From IMG/VR virus record IMGVR_UViG_3300037010_002844, positions 245,434 to 309,433 of that record: a stretch of 64,000 nucleotides of DNA; one strand, written 5' to 3'. A program made the position numbers and the translations under genes. Shown in pieces: positions 11,051-18,375 of the stretch; positions within the stretch are counted from its first letter, which is position 1; each line of letters opens with the position of its first letter. The notes under the pieces are model-generated. The model was not told where the DNA came from. It made no database searches and was given only the letters and a program-made list of their open reading frames with translations.

Positions 11051-11139
11051 TGCGGAAGGTGCGAGAGTCGAACTCGCAATAGGCTCATCACCTATGTCGG
11101 TTTTCAAGACCGATGGGCCTGCCAATGCCCAAACCTTCC
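11051..11139 (-). tRNA. tRNA-Ser(UGA)
   Basis: Loop CTTGAAA, long variable arm. Confidence 0.85.
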
Positions 11140-11142
11140 AAG

Positions 11143-11342
11143 TCACTTCTTCTTCGGCTTCTTGATTTCGTTCACCGTCTCCGGGTGCTTTTTTCGTGAG
11201 TGTTCGTGGTAACAATCGATGCAGACGATCACTGCACACTTGATGCAGATCCACACTTCTGACGTGTCAGAGGCGTGCCAGCGGACGGACGCACTCTCTT
11301 TAATTCAACCTTCGAACTACAGCTTGGACAGGGAATGATCAT
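11143..11342 (-). pseudogene. Frameshifted paralog of the Zn-finger protein at 11443-11694
   Basis: MIIPCPSC...[frameshift]...EVWICIKCAVIVCIDCYHEHSRKKHPE..KPKKK parallels MQTICPNC...EIWLCLKCPVIVC...CYASHLEKAHPE...KKK. Confidence 0.65.
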
Positions 11343-11344
11343 CC

Positions 11345-11429
11345 GGCGGAAGCGGGGATTTGAACCCATGATCCTTGCAGACCCTTCGGTCTAGCAAACC
11401 GGTCGAATAAACCACTCTACCAATCCTCC
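11345..11429 (-). pseudogene. Degenerate copy of tRNA-Ser(GCU)
   Basis: Shares TAGCAAACCGGTCGAATAAACCACTCT with 11697-11786 but stems are broken. Confidence 0.65.
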
Positions 11430-11442
11430 AATATACCACACT

Positions 11443-11694
11443 CTACTTTTTCTTATTTTTCTTGCCACCTTTCGTGGGCCCAGGTTTGAGGCCATAGACT
11501 TCTGGATGGGCCTTCTCGAGGTGGCTTGCATAGCAAGGAACGCTGTTACCATTCCCGAGATCGATGGGATTTCCGCAGACAATGACTGGGCATTTGAGGC
11601 ACAGCCAAATCTCGGTCCCGTCATTGCTTAGCCCACGCACGGGTGCCGAGTTGGCAATGACCTCATGACGGCAGTTGGGACAAATCGTCTGCAT
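11443..11694 (-). CDS. Small Zn-finger protein
   Basis: CxxC...CxxC...C...C..H...H pattern, Lys-rich tail. Confidence 0.6.
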   Translation of the reverse strand: MQTICPNCRHEVIANSAPVRGLSNDGTEIWLCLKCPVIVCGNPIDLGNGNSVPCYASHLEKAHPEVYGLKPGPTKGGKKNKKK

Positions 11695-11696
11695 GA

Positions 11697-11786
11697 TGGC
11701 GGAAGCGGGGGGATTCGAACCCCCGAGGCCCTTTCAAACCCTCCGGTTTAGCAAACCGGTCGAATAAACCACTCTCGCACGCTTCC
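11697..11786 (-). tRNA. tRNA-Ser(GCU)
   Basis: Loop TTGCTAA, long variable arm, GCCA end. Confidence 0.9.
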
Positions 11787-11796
11787 AAGTTCGTTC

Positions 11797-11883
11797 GGGT
11801 CGGAGCAGAGGGATTCGAACCCCCGTGAACCCTATGGGCCTCCTGGGTGTAAACCAGGCATTCTACCGCTGAACTATGCTCCG
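11797..11883 (-). tRNA. tRNA-Val(UAC) with long variable arm
   Basis: CCTGG-TTTACAC-CCAGG; variable hairpin GGCCC-ATA-GGGTT. Confidence 0.75.
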
Positions 11884-11911
11884 ATTGCGGGGGATAGCAC
11901 CCCCGCTCGCC

Positions 11912-12298
11912 TCAAATCAACTTCAGGTTACCTGTGATCCTGTCGAGCAGCGCACCCTCGCATGGTCCGAAGGCTGCACAAGTCAATGTCGGAACTCCAT
12001 TGAACTCTGTCCTTCCGGCGTCGATGATGGGATGCACCTCGACGTCCTCAATTTCTGCCTTGAAGATGAGGTCCTTCAAGGCATCTTCCGAATCCACACC
12101 CACCACGATCTTGGTGAAGGAACCCGACAACCATGTGGCCTCTGCGGGTGTCAGCTTGATGACGACCTCGTCTCCACGTTGCGCTTCGTTGTTGTCAACG
12201 AGAAACTTCATCGAAGCATGGGCGACCTGGGCGGCCAATTTGCCCTTTTTCATGTTCAGGTCCTTTCGTACGACGATGACCTGCTTCACGTCACTCAT
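11912..12298 (-). CDS. pth2: Peptidyl-tRNA hydrolase, Pth2 family
   Basis: KQVIVVRKDL.M.KGKLAAQVAHAS...KIVV...IDAGRTE...T..A.GP...ITG.LKL; GGAGG SD before start. Confidence 0.93.
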   Translation of the reverse strand: MSDVKQVIVVRKDLNMKKGKLAAQVAHASMKFLVDNNEAQRGDEVVIKLTPAEATWLSGSFTKIVVGVDSEDALKDLIFKAEIEDVEVHPIIDAGRTEFNGVPTLTCAAFGPCEGALLDRITGNLKLI

Positions 12299-12456
12299 GG
12301 TGTCCTCCGGCTTGTCAAGGATCGGTCTCGTGCCTTTCGGCACGGGCTTCCCCCTCGGCTCTTCGCCGAATCTCGGACGCTTGCGCGTCTTGGGAGTTGA
12401 TAGGTCTTGCGGGCGCATAACCGGCCTTGATAAGTATCGGAAGTTCGAGGTTCAGT

Positions 12457-12786
12457 TCACTTGCTGGGGCGCTCCGCCTTTTCTTGTGCGCGACGTTCCT
12501 TCGCCTTCTGCTTCACCTGCTCAGCGGGCGCAGTTCGCTTGCCAATGCCGGTCAACGGCTTGGACTCTGCGAGAGCCACCGCGATCCGGGCGCGCTGCTT
12601 CTGGGCACCAACACCCTTGCCAAGCCGGCCGTCGAGGCTGGCGAGCTGTTCCCGAGGCGACAGCTTCTGCCACACCGTGAGGCGTTCCTTCGCCTCTTTT
12701 TGACGCAGCTTGCGCAGATCGGGCCGCGGGCCGCCGCCGGTGAACTTACGGACGTTGTTGAGCTTCTTGGTAGCCTTCAGGTTCAT
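12457..12786 (-). CDS. Basic hypothetical protein
   Basis: 109-aa K/R-rich ORF with SD. Confidence 0.65.
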   Translation of the reverse strand: MNLKATKKLNNVRKFTGGGPRPDLRKLRQKEAKERLTVWQKLSPREQLASLDGRLGKGVGAQKQRARIAVALAESKPLTGIGKRTAPAEQVKQKAKERRAQEKAERPSK

Positions 12787-12804
12787 GTGATTCCGTTTCC
12801 TTCT

Positions 12805-12993
12805 TCAGTCAGGTGACTTTGGATGTGGAGGTGGCGCTGGATAGCGACACGTGGGGTTGACGTAGACATAACCTTCTTCGAGAAGACGAGTGCAAGGATC
12901 GCGGCGTCGCACCTTGGGAATGTCCCATTCCGTGTAGCAACCAGCGACAGCGAGGGTCGCAATCGCAATCACCGTGACGATTAGCTTCTTCAC
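12805..12993 (-). CDS. Small putative lipoprotein
   Basis: MKK + hydrophobic stretch + VAGC lipobox. Confidence 0.5.
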   Translation of the reverse strand: MKKLIVTVIAIATLAVAGCYTEWDIPKVRRRDPCTRLLEEGYVYVNPTCRYPAPPPHPKSPD

Positions 12994-13181
12994 ATGGCCC
13001 TCATCTCCCGAAGGAGCTTCGAGTAGTCCATCTGCCGGAACCAGATGCCATTGTGGCTCTCTTTGATGCGATTGTACATGTCCGAATCAACATCGATGAT
13101 CTTGGGGCTGCCGCTGGGTCGGTTATACTCATCTAGGACCTCCTTGAGCATCTTGGCCCAATAGTCCTTCTCGAATGCCAC
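12990..13181 (-). CDS. Hypothetical protein
   Basis: 63-aa ORF overlapping the next start. Confidence 0.5.
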   Translation of the reverse strand: MAFEKDYWAKMLKEVLDEYNRPSGSPKIIDVDSDMYNRIKESHNGIWFRQMDYSKLLREMRAM

Positions 13182-13340
13182 GTGGTCTGCCTCGGTCAGG
13201 TGAAGCGTGGCCCCGTCAGGGCGACAGCTCCAACCTCGTTCAAACTCGTTCCATTCTTAGGAGACGACCGGAAATCGCTTTTGCCTTCGCCATGCGTGGC
13301 CTCTTGATTCAAGATACCATACCGACCGCTCGAGTTACAC

Positions 13341-13420
13341 TGGCACCCCTGGCGAGAGTCGAACTCGCATGTGTCCAATTACGATTTCACCTGCTTAGAA
13401 GGCAGAGTCGATACAGGGGC
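13341..13420 (-). tRNA. Non-canonical (D-loop-relocated) tRNA-Arg(UCU)
   Basis: 7-bp acceptor, T-arm, GCCA, loop CTTCTAA; no D-hairpin, D-loop-like TAATTGGA 3' of the anticodon arm. Confidence 0.8.
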
Positions 13421-13424
13421 ATGA

Positions 13425-13502
13425 TGGCACCCCCGACAGGATTCGAACCTGCATGTGTCCGTTAGCTTTCTCGTGCTTCGAAGGCACGCGGCATACGGGG
13501 GC
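13425..13502 (-). tRNA. Non-canonical (D-loop-relocated) tRNA-Arg(UCG)
   Basis: Same architecture, loop CTTCGAA, TAACGGA segment. Confidence 0.8.
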
Positions 13503-13509
13503 GTGATGG

Positions 13510-13589
13510 TGGCACCGCTGGAGGGATTCGAACCCACGTGCATCCAGCTACCCTTTCAACGGTTTAGGAAACCGAGGGGATACAGCGGC
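13510..13589 (-). tRNA. Non-canonical (D-loop-relocated) tRNA-Arg(CCU)
   Basis: Same architecture, loop TTCCTAA, TAGCTGGA segment. Confidence 0.8.
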
Positions 13590-13594
13590 ATAGT

Positions 13595-13671
13595 TGGCCT
13601 CCCCGGTGGGATTTGAACCCACGACCTCGTGCTTCGGAGACACGCGCTCTGATCCGCTGAGCTACGGGGAG
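13595..13671 (-). tRNA. tRNA-Arg(CCG), canonical
   Basis: Normal D-arm GCTC-AGCGGATCA-GAGC, loop CTCCGAA. Confidence 0.88.
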
Positions 13672-13730
13672 AAATTCTTGCTAACGTGATAGCCTCCTTT
13701 GGTGGAAGTCATGCGATCTTTCTCGTGTCA

Positions 13731-13831
13731 AACGTGCTTCACCTGATGCAGGATTCGAACCTGCTGCCCCGGATCACGAGCCCGGTGTGTTAACCCATAC
13801 ACCATCGATGGTTACTAATTGTGCGCACGTC
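13731..13831 (-). ncRNA. AGUA/GAA-clamp element with tRNA-body cargo
   Basis: ACGTGC/GCACGT outer stem, AGTAACC...AGGTGAA, internal D/anticodon/T arms, no acceptor stem. Confidence 0.65.
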
Positions 13832-13838
13832 ACTGTTC

Positions 13839-13953
13839 AATCAACTTCACCTTCATTCGAGGCAGGAATCGAACCTGCAACCCCCTGAGTACAAGTCAGG
13901 TAAGCTACCATTGCTCCACTCGATGTCTAACTGGCTGTAGGTTACCGTTGATT
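13839..13953 (-). ncRNA. AGUA/GAA-clamp element with tRNA-Thr(UGU)-like cargo
   Basis: AATCAAC/GTTGATT outer stem, GGTAACC...AGGTGAA, loop CTTGTAC. Confidence 0.7.
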
Positions 13954-14038
13954 GGTACGGTCGGTGGGACTTGAACCCACACAGGTATTGCCCCACTGGT
14001 ACCTGAAACCAGCGCGTCTGCCATTCCGCCACGACCGC
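13953..14038 (-). tRNA. tRNA-Leu(CAG)
   Basis: Loop TTCAGGT, long variable arm, ACCA. Confidence 0.9.
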
Positions 14039-14592
14039 GTGTATCACTTGAAGAATAACTGCACGAGGCCATAGAGACCCAACGCAGCAGTAGCCAGAAT
14101 GAGGGCCACAAGCGCGTACCCGGTCGCTACCAGGACGTACCAACTTGCCCTCTTTACGTCTTCGAATTTCATCGCTACACCTTGAATACTCTATCACCCT
14201 CCTGTCGCTTCGTTCACAGCTCGCGAGAGCGAGACCCACCACCTCCGCGCAAACTTCGTGACAAAGAACATCGCTGACAATCGCTTGGAACGCCACACGC
14301 GCTGTGCGAAGGCGCTGGGCGAGTATGACGAGGTGATCGTCTTGCCTCTGTCGAGGGCATACTTGATGGCAGCCGCGCACATGGCGATGCCGAGACCGCG
14401 ACCACGGTATTCTTTTTCAGCAATGAGTGCGTCTCAAGGACCTTGACATTACGCTTCGCCGCACGAACGAACGACTCACAGACATTGACGTAACCAATCT
14501 GGTCGAGCCCGTGAAAGAGCTTGACGCGGTAGCCACCCGTGTTGGTCCTCTTCGGCGGTGACCTGTATTTTGGTGACAGGCGACCCGAGGCG

Positions 14593-15054
14593 TCAGGGAA
14601 TGTCATCGAGGGCTGACTCTGCATCAACTTCGGCCCTGATTTCATCACGAACCTCCTGCAAGATACGACCCAACCAATTCTGTCCCTGCCCGCGACAAAC
14701 GCCCCAAAACTTATCGTTCCAGTGGTTGCCCTCGATGAGCTCAGCATCCTCAGTCGCCAGCAACATCTCGCGGAGCAGCGGGTTCTCGAACTTGGCCTTG
14801 ACGAACTTTCGCATCAAGTCGACCTTGACCTGGTCCCAATCCTCGCGGAGGGTGACAGAGCGGCCGAGCTTCTTGGCCTCGGCCGCCGTCTTCGACTTGC
14901 GCACCATCTCACGTTGCGTCTCGTCTAGGGTCTTGGCAGCCTGATAGGCATGCTCAACCGTGGCATAATGCCGGCCGTCGACGATGATGGTGGATGGATG
15001 AAAGTTCGACAAGAACGCGAACTCATTGATGAACCTGTCGATCTTTGCTGACAC
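14593..15054 (-). CDS. NADAR family (YbiA-like) hydrolase
   Basis: FLSNF...Y.TVEHAYQA.K...AKKLGR...W...M...AKF...LL.T...L.E...D.FWG...G.N.LG..L..VR. Confidence 0.92.
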   Translation of the reverse strand: MSAKIDRFINEFAFLSNFHPSTIIVDGRHYATVEHAYQAAKTLDETQREMVRKSKTAAEAKKLGRSVTLREDWDQVKVDLMRKFVKAKFENPLLREMLLATEDAELIEGNHWNDKFWGVCRGQGQNWLGRILQEVRDEIRAEVDAESALDDIP

Positions 15055-15095
15055 TTTGGCCTCCGCCTCACCCTATCAAAGGGAACGGCAACTGT

Positions 15096-15765
15096 TCACC
15101 AGTCACCCTTGAGCCACTTCGACAGGTTGTACTTCTGACCTGTCCTATGGTCAGTGACCAGGTCGTCCTGTGTCCGGTAGGTTCGTACCTTGTCGCCGCG
15201 CTGACCTGAGCCCACCTGTTGCTTGCGCTCGTTGGAGCGCTCGCGGTAGAGCCGTTCAGACTCAGCCTCGTAGAGGCGAGCGGCCAAGACCTTGAAGGCC
15301 ATCGCCCGGTTCTGGTGCTGCGAGCGCTCGTTGTCAATGCGAACCTGAAAGCCGGTGGGCTTGTGGACCGCGATGACGCACGACTCTGTCTTGTTGCGAT
15401 TTTGGCCGCCCGGACCCGAGCCTCGGGCAGTGGTGATTTCCACATCACGGGGGTCTAGTGCCTGGCCGATGACGGTGTCTGGGTTTAAGACCGCGACCGT
15501 CACTGTCGACGTTTGCACACGACCACGCTTTTCTGTCGGTGGAACGCGCTGCCACCTGTGCCCGCCGCCTTCATTTGCAAAGGTCTGCAGGGTTCCTGGG
15601 CCGGAGACAGAGAGCATCACCATCCCTGGTCGATCATCGATTACAGTCGCCTCAAAGACCCCTCCGGGCCGCCGCGTTGGCGTATGCCCGGAGCTGCTCC
15701 TGAACGAGAAGTCTTGCGTCCTCGCCGCCCTCGGCGGCCCTGATCTCGATGATGACAGTTTCCAT
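15096..15765 (-). CDS. Class I peptide release factor (short, lacking domain 1) expressed via a +1 programmed frameshift
   Basis: ORF1 METVIIEIRAAEGGEDA...RRGL ends at CTT-TGA; the +1 frame continues EATVID...EGGGHRWQRVPPT...GSGPGGQNRNKTES...ERSQHQNR...KVRTY. Confidence 0.9.
15652..15666 (-). promoter_or_regulatory. prfB-type +1 frameshift signal
   Basis: CGG AGG GGT CTT TGA G = internal SD + CUU UGA. Confidence 0.88.
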
Positions 15766-15766
15766 G

Positions 15767-16078
15767 TTAGTCCTCCACGGCAACGAGGATGCCGAAGACG
15801 GTCTTCCTCGTGCACCAACCGTTGATGTGGCCGTGATTGTTGCTGATCTGGTAGCGACCATCGCTGCCGATAGCTGACACCTTGTGAAGCATCTGGATGC
15901 CGTTGACCTTGCACAGGACAACGTCGTCAACCTCGACCAACGTTTCGTCCGTGACAGGGGCGACCGTGACCAGCTGCCCGCTGCAGATCCGCGGGACCAT
16001 ACTGTTCCCGTGTGGGCGAAACTTGACCGTCTGACCCTCACGTAGAGCCTGGACGTTGAAGAGAGATCAGTCTGTCAT
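15767..16078 (-). CDS. S24/S26-like peptidase-fold protein with in-frame TGA at codon 4 (readthrough or pseudogene)
   Basis: ATG ACA GAC TGA TCT...FRPHGNSMVP...D.VLCKVNG..LHKV. Confidence 0.65.
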
Positions 16079-16080
16079 GA

Positions 16081-16158
16081 TGGTTCCTGTTGAGATGGGA
16101 CTCGAATCCACGATTCCCCACGTATGAGATGGGTGCTGTTGCCGCTGAGCCATTGGGA
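16081..16158 (-). pseudogene. Degenerate tRNA with CAU anticodon
   Basis: CCCAT-CTCATAC-GTGGG; acceptor stem irregular. Confidence 0.5.
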
Positions 16159-16242
16159 GGCCAACCTGCGCTCACCTACAGGGGGTGGGCATCACGCGCC
16201 AACCCAACTCGAGTGGTTACTTCTACGAAGATCTCTTCATTC

Positions 16243-16325
16243 TGGTACCAGAGGCGGGATTTGAACCCGCACGCTTTTGGCGCTCCGCTCTAAACGGAGT
16301 GTGTCTGCCGTTCCACCACTCTGGC
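16243..16325 (-). tRNA. tRNA-Leu(UAG)
   Basis: CTCCG-TTTAGAG-CGGAG, ACCA. Confidence 0.9.
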
Positions 16326-16535
16326 ATTTCTACCGCAGTAGGTAGGTGTTTGACTGTGGCAATTGGGACACAGCATGCGAAAATTTTCAAGCCTGTGATC
16401 CCGTGGATTCCGGTTCACATGATCAACATGAACGCAGAGATGTTTCCTCTCTATTCTGGGAATCCGCACTCTTCACACTCATTTTCTTAAGTCCCGATCT
16501 AATCAGACTTTTCTTCAGCCAAGCGTTCACCCACA
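16326..16535 (-). pseudogene. HNH homing endonuclease remnant
   Basis: CEECG...HVDHVNRNPRDHRLENFRMLCPNCHSQTPTYCGRN with upstream in-frame stops. Confidence 0.8.
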
Positions 16536-16622
16536 GGTCTCCATGACCTGTGCTGGTGGACACCGCCGATAACAGCACTTGCTGCCATCCTGGGAGTTTC
16601 ACCCGAGCCAGTGGTTACTTGC

Positions 16623-16698
16623 TGGCGCGCCCGGCAGGATTTGAACCTACGTAAACTTGTTTCGTAGACAAGTGCCTCATCCACTAGGCTACGGGCGC
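16623..16698 (-). tRNA. tRNA-Arg(ACG)
   Basis: Loop CTACGAA, GCCA. Confidence 0.9.
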
Positions 16699-16707
16699 AT
16701 GATTTAG

Positions 16708-16792
16708 TGAGGTGAGTCGTAAACCGGGTTTGTTCACCCTAAGCGGGTGGACGATCATTCCTCTTGGTTGACAGTTACCTGTCCCCACCTCA
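16708..16792 (-). ncRNA. RNase P RNA 3'-domain fragment (P18-P19-P4' like)
   Basis: GACAG-GTAA-CTGTC, AGAGGAATGATCG, CACCC/GGGTG, AACAAACCCGGTTTA; closed by GAGGTGGG/CTCACCTC. Confidence 0.6.
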
Positions 16793-16799
16793 AAGGTTG

Positions 16800-16899
16800 A
16801 AACGCTTCACCTTCACGATCGGATTCGAACCGACGACCCAGTAGTTGGACACCACCTGCTCTACCAGACTGAGCTACGTCTCATGAGTTACTTACGTTT
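16800..16899 (-). ncRNA. AGUA/GAA-clamp element with tRNA-body cargo
   Basis: AAACG/CGTTT, AGTAACT...AGGTGAA; canonical D and T arms, scrambled anticodon arm. Confidence 0.65.
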
Positions 16900-16900
16900 C

Positions 16901-16986
16901 TGGTGCCAGTGGAGGGATTCGAACCCTCACGCTTGTGGGCGGCGGTTTTTGAGACCGCTGTGTCTGCCTGGTTCCACCACACTGGC
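16901..16986 (-). tRNA. tRNA-Leu(CAA)
   Basis: Loop CTCAAAA, ACCA. Confidence 0.9.
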
Positions 16987-17014
16987 ATTACGTTGAATAT
17001 TCTCGAGTCAATTC

Positions 17015-17106
17015 TGGTGTCGATGACAGGGGATCGGACCTGCCTAGAGAAGTTACCCTAACTAGGGTCTGAGACTAGCGCGTCTGCCTAATTCCTCCAC
17101 GGCGAC
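17015..17106 (-). tRNA. tRNA-Leu(CAG), divergent T-loop
   Basis: Loop CTCAGAC; T-loop TCCGATC. Confidence 0.6.
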
Positions 17107-17118
17107 GTAACTAATGCT

Positions 17119-17193
17119 TGGTGACCCCAGCGGGTTTCGATCCCGCTTCTCCTGGTTGAAAGCCAGGCGACTTAGCCACTGGTCGATGGGGCC
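17119..17193 (-). tRNA. tRNA-Glu(UUC)
   Basis: Loop CTTTCAA, ACCA. Confidence 0.88.
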
Positions 17194-17330
17194 ATACTTG
17201 GCGATTGCACGTGTTAGCAACTTACCACTACCCATGCACCCATCATCGAGATCATCAGACGAGTGTTTCCCGACGTAGACCTTTCCGTTAAACGAGATTT
17301 TCGATGCAGTAGACGTAATGAAACACGATC
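17194..17330 (-). pseudogene. GIY-YIG (SegB-like) homing endonuclease remnant
   Basis: NGKVYVGKHSSDDLDDGCMGSGKLLTRAIAKYG, truncated at the tRNA-Glu 5' end. Confidence 0.8.
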
Positions 17331-17367
17331 TATTTATCGACAACTTCGATATTCGATCGAGTTGCAC

Positions 17368-17443
17368 AGGGTGAGCGAGGGGATTCGAACCCCCACCTTC
17401 AGGGCCACAACCTGACGTGCAGAACCACTATACCACGCCCACC
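17368..17443 (-). tRNA. tRNA-His(GUG)
   Basis: Loop TTGTGGC, G-1. Confidence 0.88.
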
Positions 17444-17503
17444 ATAGACCGGACTTTTTGGGGAGTCCGGCGGACCCTGCGATCACCCGAAGGGTCGCAA
17501 ACT

Positions 17504-17623
17504 TCAGCTGTTAGATTTCTCGGACGCTGCCTTGACCTTCTTGACGATGAAGACCACCGCTGCAACAGCTGCGGCCGTAAGTGTTGCGACAGTTGCCACC
17601 CTGACAAGCTTGGAAAATTGCAT
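17504..17623 (-). CDS. 39-aa Ala/Val-rich peptide at the head of a tRNA operon
   Basis: GTGTAC-N18-TAAGGT-N6-ATG; MQFSKLVRVATVATLTAAAVAAVVFIVKKVKAASEKSNS. Confidence 0.55.
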   Translation of the reverse strand: MQFSKLVRVATVATLTAAAVAAVVFIVKKVKAASEKSNS

Positions 17624-17662
17624 AATGCTACCTTACCACCCTCGTCAGAGGGTGTACACAGT

Positions 17663-17755
17663 TGGCGGAAGCGAAGGGATTCAAACCTCTGGGCCCATGA
17701 GGACCCTCCTGCTAAGCTTCGAGACAGGTGTGATAAACCGTTCTACCACGCTTCA
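17663..17755 (-). tRNA. tRNA-Ser(CGA) with 4-nt anticodon-loop insertion (possibly pseudo)
   Basis: CCTGT-CTCGAAG-CTTA-GCAGG. Confidence 0.55.
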
Positions 17756-17756
17756 A

Positions 17757-17831
17757 TGGAGCTGATGGTCGGACTCGAACCGACAGTCTGCTGCTTACAA
17801 GGCAGCTGCATCGCCATTATGCTACACCAGC
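17757..17831 (-). tRNA. tRNA-Thr(UGU)
   Basis: Loop CTTGTAA, CCA. Confidence 0.9.
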
Positions 17832-17832
17832 A

Positions 17833-17937
17833 TGAATTTTCACTTGCACGGAATCGAACCGTTCTACTCGCTTTTTAGGCAAATGTGCTACCGTTACACT
17901 AAGTCAGACGCGTTAGCGCCCAAGAGTTACTAACTCT
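17833..17937 (-). ncRNA. AGUA/GAA-clamp element with tRNA-body cargo
   Basis: GAGTT/AATTC outer stem; AGTA-ACT...AGT-GAA (compensatory change relative to ACC/GGT). Confidence 0.65.
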
Positions 17938-18010
17938 GAGCGGCCGACAGGAATCGAACCCGTGAGATTCTCCATGGCAAGGAGACGCCGTACCACTGGG
18001 CCACGGCCGC
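17937..18010 (-). tRNA. tRNA-Gly(GCC)
   Basis: Loop TTGCCAT. Confidence 0.85.
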
Positions 18011-18137
18011 ATTGCGATCGATCTTTCACCTTCGACAGGAGGGACTTGAACCCCCACCACCCCTCGCGAGGCGAGCCGGTTTTCTGCCGGCCGTGTATGC
18101 CGATTCCACCACTGTGCTGTGTGGTTACTTGAGCAAT
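18011..18137 (-). ncRNA. AGUA/GAA-clamp element with Leu-like tRNA cargo
   Basis: ATTGC/GCAAT, AGTAACC...AGGTGAA; Leu-type D-arm and variable arm. Confidence 0.65.
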
Positions 18138-18212
18138 CGGAGCTGACACCGAGAATCGAACTCGGGATTCTTCCGTACCAAGGAAGCGTGATGCCACTTA
18201 CACCATGTCAGC
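18138..18212 (-). tRNA. tRNA-Thr(GGU)
   Basis: Loop TTGGTAC. Confidence 0.87.
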
Positions 18213-18217
18213 AAAAC

Positions 18218-18373
18218 ATTTCTCTAGCTTTCACCCACCGGGACTCGAGCCCACAAACCCTAGTTCGACATCAAGTGTCGACCGAGTCGCCGGGTTTTTA
18301 CGCCGATCGCGTTTGCCATTCCACCACTACACACGATTGCTCGCAGTAGGCATCTGGATTACTCGCGAAGAGA
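18218..18373 (-). ncRNA. AGUA/GAA-clamp element with enlarged Leu-like tRNA cargo
   Basis: AGTAATC...GGGTGAA; GGTGGAATGGCAAACG D-arm, expanded variable arm. Confidence 0.55.
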
Positions 18374-18375
18374 TT

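Noticed and set aside
15096-15914. 272-aa ORF-track version of the release factor
   Set aside because: Its N-terminus is an off-frame reading of upstream genes; the real N-terminus is METVIIEIR joined by the +1 frameshift
17447-17482. AAAAGTCCGG as the 5' half (P4) of a split RNase P RNA
   Set aside because: It lacks GAGG and forms its own hairpin CCGGACT/AGTCCGG; the GAGGAAAGT near 41075 cannot pair with CCCGG either
13731-18373. Clamp elements as canonical Y RNAs (YrlA) or a CRISPR array
   Set aside because: Arm order is D-anticodon-T rather than the permuted YrlA order; no Ro60 or cas gene in the window; no constant repeat/spacer lengths
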